From NCBI GenBank assembly GCA_947625765.1, contig CANQPP010000005.1:10656-74655 (forward strand): 64,000 nucleotides of DNA, in the 5' to 3' direction. The number at the start of each line of letters is the position of its first letter. The stretch's first letter is position 1. Below the pieces are notes generated by a model. It saw only the letters and a program-made list of their open reading frames with translations, made no database searches and had not been told where the DNA came from. This document shows, one piece after another, positions 42,605 to 49,278 of the stretch. The position numbers and the translations under genes were made by a program. This DNA comes from an uncultured Clostridia bacterium (GTDB lineage Bacteria > Bacillota > Clostridia > Christensenellales > UBA1750).

Positions 42605-44053
42605 TCAGTCAAGGCCCATTTCCGCCAGCAGCTCGGAGACCACCACGCGCTCGTCGAAGGGGTGCTTGACGCCCTTGATCTCCTGATAGGTCTCGTTGCC
42701 CTTGCCGGCCAGCACGATCACGTCGCCCGGGCCCGCCGTCTGCATGGCGTGGCGGATGGCCTCGCGCCGGTTCTCGATCACGTCGTAGGGGGTGTTGCAC
42801 AGGGCGATGCCCTTTTCGATGGCACGGATGATGTCCATGGGGTCCTCTCCCCTGGGGTTGTCCGAGGTCAGGACGGAATAGTCCGCCAGGCGGCCGGAGA
42901 TCTCGCCCATGATGGGCCGCTTCTCCTTGTCGCGGCCGCCGCCGCAGCCGAACACGCAGATGAGCCTGCCGGGCGTGAACTGCCGCACGGTCTTGAGCAC
43001 GCTCTCCAGTGCCGCCGGAGCGTGGGCGTAATCCAGTATGATCTTGTAGGGGGTGTGGGTGTCCAGCGTCTCGATCCTCCCGGGCACCAGGGTGACGGCC
43101 TCCAGCCCCTGCTTGACGGCCTGGAAGCTCATCCCGAGCTCCAGACAGGTCACCGCCGCGCCCATGGAGTTATAGACGTTGAACAGCCCAGCCAGGTGCA
43201 GGTTCAGCTGCACCTCCAAGCCCTTCCAGTCTAGCTCGTAGGACACGCCGGACTCGCTGATCTCGATGTCCCGGGCGCAGGCGTCGGTGGCCACGGCCAC
43301 GCCGAAGCCGCAGACGGGCACGCCGCTGTCGGTCAGGTAGCTGGAGGTATCGTCGTCCATGTTGAGGATGGAGCGGCTGGTGTATTCGGGGGTGAAGAAC
43401 ACCGCCTTGGCCTTGCGGTAGGTCTCCATGTCGCCGAAGTAGTCCAGATGGTCCTGGGAGAGGTTGGTGTACAGCGCCGCGTCGTAGTGCATCCCGGCCA
43501 GACGGCGCTGGGCCAGCGCGTGGGCGGATACCTCCATCACGCACAGGGTGCAGCCCTTGTCCCGCATCTCGGCCAGCAGGCGCTGCAGCTCCACGGACTC
43601 GGGGGTGGTGAGCGTGGCCTCGTAGGTCTCCTCGCCGATCATGGTGCAGACGGTGCCGATCAGGCCCACCTTGTGCCCCGCGGTCTTGGCGATGGAGCGG
43701 ATCATGTAGCTGGAGGTGGTCTTGCCCTTGGTGCCGGTGATGCCGATCATCACCATGGAGCGGGCCGGATGGCCGTAGAAGCTCTGGGCGAAGTAGCTCA
43801 TGGCGCAGCGGGCGTCGTCCACCAGCACCTGCGGCAGCTCCACGTCCAGGCGGCGCTCCACCACCAGGGCGGCGGCGCCCTTCTCCTTGGCCTGGGCGGC
43901 GAACTCGTGGCCGTCCACGCGCTGGCCCGGCAGGCAGAAGTAGAGGTCGCCCTCCTTCACCTTGCGGGAATCGTAGCAAAGGCCCCGGATGTCGGCCTCA
44001 CCGCTCGCTTCCCTGACGCCTTCATATTCCCGAATGATCTCGCTCAGCAGCAC
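42605..44053 (-). CDS. murE: UDP-MurNAc-L-Ala-D-Glu--2,6-diaminopimelate ligase
   Basis: GITGTKGKTTSSYM and the DNPR motif (LTSDNPRGEDP), which indicates meso-DAP specificity. Confidence 0.9.
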   Translation of the reverse strand: MLLSEIIREYEGVREASGEADIRGLCYDSRKVKEGDLYFCLPGQRVDGHEFAAQAKEKGAAALVVERRLDVELPQVLVDDARCAMSYFAQSFYGHPARSMVMIGITGTKGKTTSSYMIRSIAKTAGHKVGLIGTVCTMIGEETYEATLTTPESVELQRLLAEMRDKGCTLCVMEVSAHALAQRRLAGMHYDAALYTNLSQDHLDYFGDMETYRKAKAVFFTPEYTSRSILNMDDDTSSYLTDSGVPVCGFGVAVATDACARDIEISESGVSYELDWKGLEVQLNLHLAGLFNVYNSMGAAVTCLELGMSFQAVKQGLEAVTLVPGRIETLDTHTPYKIILDYAHAPAALESVLKTVRQFTPGRLICVFGCGGGRDKEKRPIMGEISGRLADYSVLTSDNPRGEDPMDIIRAIEKGIALCNTPYDVIENRREAIRHAMQTAGPGDVIVLAGKGNETYQEIKGVKHPFDERVVVSELLAEMGLD

Positions 44054-44094
44054 GATGTATCTCCCCCTTGTTCCCCGCTTTGCTCGCGGGCCCG

Positions 44095-46539
44095 TTATTC
44101 AAACGTCACCTTCACGGTGTGCGATATGTTCTCATCGTCCAGGTCGATGCGCGTGCCCGCCTCCGGGCTCTGGGAGACGGCCAGGCCCGAGCCGGAGATG
44201 CGCATCTCCAACCCCAGGCTGCGCAGCAGGCGGTTGGCCTGGATCATGGACATGCCGGTCAGGTCCGGCACCTCCGCGTAGTTGGTCGGCACGGCCTCCG
44301 GGTCCTCCTGCTCGGTGTAGATGACCACCAGGGACCCCTCCGGCACCTCCGCGCCCGCGGCGGGCAGCTGGCCCACGATCTTGTCGCCGACGCCGTCCGT
44401 CATGGAAGTTAAGCCCGCATCGGTCAGCGCCTGGCTGGCGTCGGACAGGGACAGGAGCGACAAGTCCGGCACGACGACGGTCTTAGGTGTTAAGTCCTCC
44501 CCGTCCTCGTTCCTGGGGCTCACGCCCATGTATTTGAGGCTCTCCTCCAGTATCTGCTTGGCGTAGGGCGCGGCCACGGTGGAGCCGTAATCGGGCCGCA
44601 CGCCCGGCTCATCCACGATCAGCAGGATGGCCACCTGCGGGTCGTCCATGGGCGCAAAGCCCAAGAAGGAGCAGATGTGCACCTCGCTGGACACCTTGCC
44701 GTTGACGTACTTCTGCGCGGTGCCGGTCTTGCCGCCCACCCGGTAGCCGGGGATGTAGGCGTTCCGGCCGCCGCCTTCCTCCACAGCGGTCTCCAAAATT
44801 TGGCGCATCAGCGCGGATGTTTCCTCGGAAATGGGGTTCCCCCGGATCTCTGGGGAATATGTTACAACACTTTGCCCCTCGCTGTCCATCATTTCCTTCA
44901 CGATATAGGGCTTCATCAGGTTCCCGCCGTTGATGGCGGCGCAGGCCGCTGTCAGCAGCTGCAGGGGCGAAACGGACACGCTCTGGCCGAAGCCTATGCG
45001 GGCCAGGTCCACGTCCTTCACGTACTTCAGGGAAATGAGCTGGCCGGAGGACGCGCCGGGCAGGTCCACGGGCACCTCCTCGCCGATGCCGAAGGCGTGC
45101 AGCCCCTGATAGAAGGTATCCACGCCCATGTTCAGCGCCAGCTGCACGAAGGCGGGGTTGCAGGAGTTATTGACCGCCTCCTGCAGCGTCTGGTGGCCGT
45201 GGGGATTGCCGGAGCGCCAGCACTTGATGCGGTCCCCGCTGACCAGTATGGAGCCGCTGCAGTCGAAGGTGGAATCCATCGTGGCCGCGCCGTTTTCCAG
45301 CGCCAGGGCCGTGGTCAGTATCTTAAAGGTAGAGCCCGGCTCGTAGGCGTCCGTCACGGCCCCGTTGCGCATCAGGCGCGAAAGCTCGGTCAGGTCGTCG
45401 CGGGGCGGGTCGTTAAGGTCGAAGTCCGGCTTGTTGGTCATGGCCAGTATCTCGCCGGTGTCCGGGTCCATGAGGATGCAGCGCACGGCCTTGGCCTGGT
45501 TCTCGGTCAGCGCCGCCTCGGAGACGCGCTCGGCCACGGCCTGCAGCACGTGGTCCACGGTCAGGCGCACGGTGTAGCCGTCCTGGGCGGCCACGTATTC
45601 CTCGTCGCTGTTCTCCATCTGGTGGTTCTTGCCGTCCACCTGGGAGACCACGCGGCCGTCCGTGCCGGCCAGGTACTTATCCAGGCTCTTTTCCAGGCCC
45701 TCCTGCCCCTGGCCGGAGATGTCCGTAAAGCCGATGACCTGCGTCAGGAACGCGCCCATCGGGTAGGCACGCATCACGTCCTCGTTGACGGAGATGCCGC
45801 CGATCTTGAGCGCGCGCACCTCGCCGGCCTTTTCCAGGCTGATCTGCCGGGCCAAAACGGCCTGGGCGCGGCTTACGTCGGTGATGCGGTCGTATACGTC
45901 CTGTGCGTCCAGCTCCAGCACGTCGGCCAGGGACTGGGCCGCCTGGCGGAGCTTTAGCTCCTTCTCGGAAGTGATGGCCTCAACGCCCACCACCTCCACG
46001 GGGTTGACGCTCACGGTGCTGGGGATGATCTCCTCCCCGTTTTCGCCGGTGGCTATCACGTCGCTCTGCTTGACGGAAACGCCGCGGATGTTCAGGGCGC
46101 TCACCTGCGCGGCCAGCGCCGGGGCCACGTTCTCCTTGAGGGTGATATTCACCCGGCTGGTGTTCACGAAGCGCTCGTAGGTGGTGTTCTCGTCCAGCTC
46201 GAGCAGGGCGGCCAGCGCCTTTGCATCCTTGCGGATCTCCGTCTCCCGCTCGTCGTCGATCTTCATCAGGCCCACCACGTCCATGGGCGCGGCCACCACG
46301 GTGGCGGCGCTGGCGGACTGGGCCAATACCTTGCCGTTGCGGTCGGTGATGTCGCCCCGCTTGGCGCTGATGGTGAACTCGCGCGCCCACTGGGACAGCG
46401 CAAGGGACTGCAGGTTCTCGCCGTCGATGATCTGGATGTAGAAAAGGCGCACCACCAGAAGCGCAAATAAGCAGGCCGCTCCGATCAGCAGCCTGCCCAG
46501 GCGTTTTCTAGCGATGTCAGCGGGGCTCTTGTTGGGCAT
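44095..46539 (-). CDS. Class B penicillin-binding protein (FtsI/PBP2B/SpoVD type) with two C-terminal PASTA domains and an internally duplicated N-terminal module
   Basis: Transpeptidase motifs STFK (PGSTFKI), SCN (NNSCNP) and KTG (GGKTGTA), plus two PASTA repeats at the C-terminus. Confidence 0.9.
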   Translation of the reverse strand: MPNKSPADIARKRLGRLLIGAACLFALLVVRLFYIQIIDGENLQSLALSQWAREFTISAKRGDITDRNGKVLAQSASAATVVAAPMDVVGLMKIDDERETEIRKDAKALAALLELDENTTYERFVNTSRVNITLKENVAPALAAQVSALNIRGVSVKQSDVIATGENGEEIIPSTVSVNPVEVVGVEAITSEKELKLRQAAQSLADVLELDAQDVYDRITDVSRAQAVLARQISLEKAGEVRALKIGGISVNEDVMRAYPMGAFLTQVIGFTDISGQGQEGLEKSLDKYLAGTDGRVVSQVDGKNHQMENSDEEYVAAQDGYTVRLTVDHVLQAVAERVSEAALTENQAKAVRCILMDPDTGEILAMTNKPDFDLNDPPRDDLTELSRLMRNGAVTDAYEPGSTFKILTTALALENGAATMDSTFDCSGSILVSGDRIKCWRSGNPHGHQTLQEAVNNSCNPAFVQLALNMGVDTFYQGLHAFGIGEEVPVDLPGASSGQLISLKYVKDVDLARIGFGQSVSVSPLQLLTAACAAINGGNLMKPYIVKEMMDSEGQSVVTYSPEIRGNPISEETSALMRQILETAVEEGGGRNAYIPGYRVGGKTGTAQKYVNGKVSSEVHICSFLGFAPMDDPQVAILLIVDEPGVRPDYGSTVAAPYAKQILEESLKYMGVSPRNEDGEDLTPKTVVVPDLSLLSLSDASQALTDAGLTSMTDGVGDKIVGQLPAAGAEVPEGSLVVIYTEQEDPEAVPTNYAEVPDLTGMSMIQANRLLRSLGLEMRISGSGLAVSQSPEAGTRIDLDDENISHTVKVTFE

Positions 46540-46660
46540 CGGTTTCTACCTCCTGCGTCGGATCAACGGCTGTAAGGCCCGCCCATCGGCGGTCCCGCAT
46601 GTTCCGGCGGCGGACCTCCTCCTCTTTTGGCGTTCAAGTCTTGAGCGGCCGCGCTCCGTT

Positions 46661-47227
46661 TTAAGGGAGCGTCACGGTGCGCAGGTCCTCGGTGGCCGGG
46701 TAATCCATGCCCAGCTGGTCCCTGGCGTACTGCTGCACCTCCGCGATGTTGCTCTGCATGTTGAGCTCCACCTGCAGCGCTTCCAGTTGCTTGGTGGTGG
46801 AACTGATCTCCGAGCGGACGGAGTTCTGGTAGATGATGCGCGTCTCCACCTGCGCCTGGCGGTAGAGCAGCAGGAAGGTGAAGGCGGCCAGCACCACGGT
46901 CAGGCAGATCACGGCGGCGGCGCGGCGGCGGCCCTGGCGGTGCCGCTCCATGCGGGCGGCCTCCTCGCGGGCGCGGGCCTGCTCGGCGGCCTGCCGCTGC
47001 CGCTCCTGCTCCAGGCGGCGTTCCCGCTCCAGGGCGTAGCGGCGGGCGCGGCGCTCCCGCTCCTGCTCCCACTCGCGGTCGATGTGGGGGCTGGGCGCGA
47101 TGCGCTGCCTCTCGGGGGCGCGCATAGAACGTCCGTTTTCGCGGCGGCTCTGCCGCTCGCGCTCGATCTGCAGCGCAAGGCTCCCGTCGATGAAGGGGTC
47201 GCTGCGGCGCGTCCTTGCCTGTGACAT
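46661..47227 (-). CDS. ftsL: FtsL-like septum formation protein with a ~100-aa Arg/Glu-rich N-terminal region
   Basis: Single TM (AAAVICLTVVLAAFTFLLLY), then a coiled-coil and ...ARDQLGMDYP. Position between rsmH and pbp. The ATG at 47227 lies 9 nt after AAGGAGGTG. Confidence 0.7.
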   Translation of the reverse strand: MSQARTRRSDPFIDGSLALQIERERQSRRENGRSMRAPERQRIAPSPHIDREWEQERERRARRYALERERRLEQERQRQAAEQARAREEAARMERHRQGRRRAAAVICLTVVLAAFTFLLLYRQAQVETRIIYQNSVRSEISSTTKQLEALQVELNMQSNIAEVQQYARDQLGMDYPATEDLRTVTLP

Positions 47228-47279
47228 CTCTATGCCCACCTCCTTTTCCTCTATTCATCCAAAAGGGATATTTGCGTTT

Positions 47280-48218
47280 TTATTCTTCTGCGATCCTCCG
47301 CTCGAAGGCGCGCACCTTGGCGCTCCTGGAACGCATGTTCGCACTTAACTCCTGCTCGTCGGCCGTCTCGGGCTTGCGCGTGAGCACGCGGCCCAGCGGC
47401 TTTCTTCCGCAGACGCACACCGGCGCGTCCGGCGGGCAGATGCAGGGATCCTGCAGCTTCTGGAACGTCTGCTTGACGATGCGGTCTTCCAGGGAATGGA
47501 AGGTGATGACCACCAGCCGGCCGCCGTCGTTTAAGCAGCCGCAGGCGCTTTCCAGCGCCTCTCGCAGGCCTTCCAGCTCGCCGTTGACCTCGATGCGGAT
47601 GGCCTGGAAGCTACGCCTGGCCGGGTGGGAGACCTCCCGCCGCACCGCCTTGGGCACCGCTTTATCGATCACGCGGACCAGGTCCATGGTGGTCTCCAGC
47701 GGACGGGATGCGACGATGAACTGCGCGATGCGCCTGGCCCATTTTTCCTCGCCGTATTCAAAGAGGATGCGGGCCAGCTTCTCCTCCGGGTAGGTATTGA
47801 CGACTTCCTTTGCGGTCAGCGTCGCGCTCTGGTCCATGCGCATGTCCAGCGGCGCGTCCGCGTGGAAGCTGAAGCCGCGCTCCGGGGTGTCCAGCTGGTG
47901 GGAGGAAACGCCCAGGTCCAGGAGGATGCCGTCCACCTTGCGAACGTTTGTTCGCATGAGGATGTCGGCGATGTCGTGGTAATTGCCCCAGACGGCGGTG
48001 AATCTTTCGCCGTAGTCCTTTAACCTCTCCTCCGCCGCCGCGATGGCTTCCCTGTCGCGGTCGATGCCGATCACGCGGGCCCTCGTCCTTTGCAGGATGA
48101 GGGAAGTATGTCCGCCGCCGCCCAGCGTCCCATCCACGAAAACGCCGTCCGGCCTTCCCTCCACGTTCAGGAGGCGCAGGCACTGCTCCGGCATCACGGG
48201 AACGTGTACGAACTCCAT
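47280..48218 (-). CDS. rsmH: 16S rRNA (cytosine1402-N4)-methyltransferase
   Basis: HVPVM...DGTLGGGGHT...DLGVSSHQLD...SFHSLEDRIVK. Confidence 0.95.
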   Translation of the reverse strand: MEFVHVPVMPEQCLRLLNVEGRPDGVFVDGTLGGGGHTSLILQRTRARVIGIDRDREAIAAAEERLKDYGERFTAVWGNYHDIADILMRTNVRKVDGILLDLGVSSHQLDTPERGFSFHADAPLDMRMDQSATLTAKEVVNTYPEEKLARILFEYGEEKWARRIAQFIVASRPLETTMDLVRVIDKAVPKAVRREVSHPARRSFQAIRIEVNGELEGLREALESACGCLNDGGRLVVITFHSLEDRIVKQTFQKLQDPCICPPDAPVCVCGRKPLGRVLTRKPETADEQELSANMRSRSAKVRAFERRIAEE

Positions 48219-48626
48219 TCAGCTCTCCTCGTCCTCGTCGATGAAGCGGTAGAAGGCGTCCTTGTCCCAGACCTCCACGTGGCGGCCCGCGCCGGAGACG
48301 ACGACCTCCTTGTCCAGCCCCGCGAAGGCCCGCAGGGCCGGCGGCACCAGCAGGCGGCCCTGCTTGTCCATCTCGTTGTCGTCCACGGAGGTGGCCAGCA
48401 GGCGGCGCATCTTGCGGTACAGCGCGGGATCGGCGTCCTCGTCCACGCTCTCGTACTTCTCGTACACCTTGTTCCATTCCGAGAGGGAGTAGAGCTTCAG
48501 GCACTTGTCCTTGCCGCGCATGATGGCGATCTTCACGCCCAACTGGTCGCGGAACTTGGAGGGGATGGTGATGCGGCCCTTGGGGTCCAGCGTGTGCTCG
48601 TAGTACCCGGAGAATCTGTCGGCCAC
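48219..48626 (-). CDS. mraZ: Transcriptional regulator MraZ
   Basis: Two SpoVT/AbrB-like halves (LDPKGRITIPSKFR and MDKQGRLLVPPALR). GTG start at 48626, 8 nt after AAAGGAGGGG. Confidence 0.85.
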   Translation of the reverse strand: MADRFSGYYEHTLDPKGRITIPSKFRDQLGVKIAIMRGKDKCLKLYSLSEWNKVYEKYESVDEDADPALYRKMRRLLATSVDDNEMDKQGRLLVPPALRAFAGLDKEVVVSGAGRHVEVWDKDAFYRFIDEDEES

Positions 48627-48683
48627 TGGTTTCACCCCTCCTTTCCTTCGCTGCCGGGCTGGTGGTTTTAAGTCCCGGATTAT

Positions 48684-48760
48684 CCACAGCGTTTTCCACA
48701 GCTGTGGATATCTTCCACTTTGCACCACTCTGCGCCACTTGACCTATATTATTCTCCACT
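48684..48760 (-). promoter_or_regulatory. Phased AGTGG direct repeats (MraZ-box-like operator) upstream of mraZ
   Basis: On the + strand CCACT occurs at 48715, 48725 and 48735 (exact 10-nt phasing) and at 48756, and CCACA at 48684 and 48696. On the minus strand this reads AAGTGGCGCAG AGTGGTGCAA AGTGGAAGAT. Confidence 0.55.
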
Positions 48761-48769
48761 TAAGGCCCA

Positions 48770-48960
48770 TTTCCTGCTTCCTTTCCTCCCCTTTTCAAAA
48801 AAGGAAGGGCTCCTTTTCCCTTCCTTTTTCGCCCCTTTCATACGCAAAAAGTGCCTTATTTCAGGCGTTTTTTCGTATTCTCGCATTTCAGTTTTTTCGC
48901 CCGGTGGCGGAGGATGGCGCAAAGTGGCGTATTTTCGCCGAAAAAAGCGCGGATGGAATC
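48770..48960. repeat. TTTC/GAAA-rich hairpin-unit region (same vocabulary as 22302-22671 and 33228-33372)
   Basis: CCTTTTCaaaaaaGGAAGG, CCCTTTCatacgcAAAAAG, GTATTTTCgccGAAAAAAGC and similar units. A degenerate similarity, not an exact repeat. Confidence 0.4.
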
Positions 48961-49051
48961 TAAAAAAGAAGCGAAGCGTACACATCGGCGCCCGCTCCCC
49001 TCCACTTCGCACCCCGCCCGCGCTCAAGGAATGGGTTTTTAGAAGCCCTTC

Positions 49052-49168
49052 CCACAGAAACGACCAACGGCCCGCGCTTCTTTTGCGCGGGCCTTCGGTC
49101 GTAGGAAGGATGGAGAAATTTTAAGCGAATTGCAGGCTGCTGTTCTTCGTGCAGCAGGTCTTGACGCC
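49052..49168. repeat. Duplicated copy (~88% identity by eye) of the 3' end plus downstream hairpin of the SpoIID-SH3 gene
   Basis: 49052-49168 aligns with 49211-49328 (ccacagaa(a)cgaccaa.ggcccgcgctt.ttttgcgcgggcct.tggtcgtaggaaggatggagaaatttta.gcgaattgcagg...). The copy would encode ...GVKTCCTKNSSLQFA*, versus ...GTKTGYMKNTYLQFA* in the gene. Confidence 0.75.
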
Positions 49169-49278
49169 TTCCTATGCCTTGCGCTGCCATCTCTCCTCCA
49201 CTTTATCCCCCCACAGAACGACCAAAGGCCCGCGCTTATTTTGCGCGGGCCTCTGGTCGTAGGAAGGATGGAGAAATT

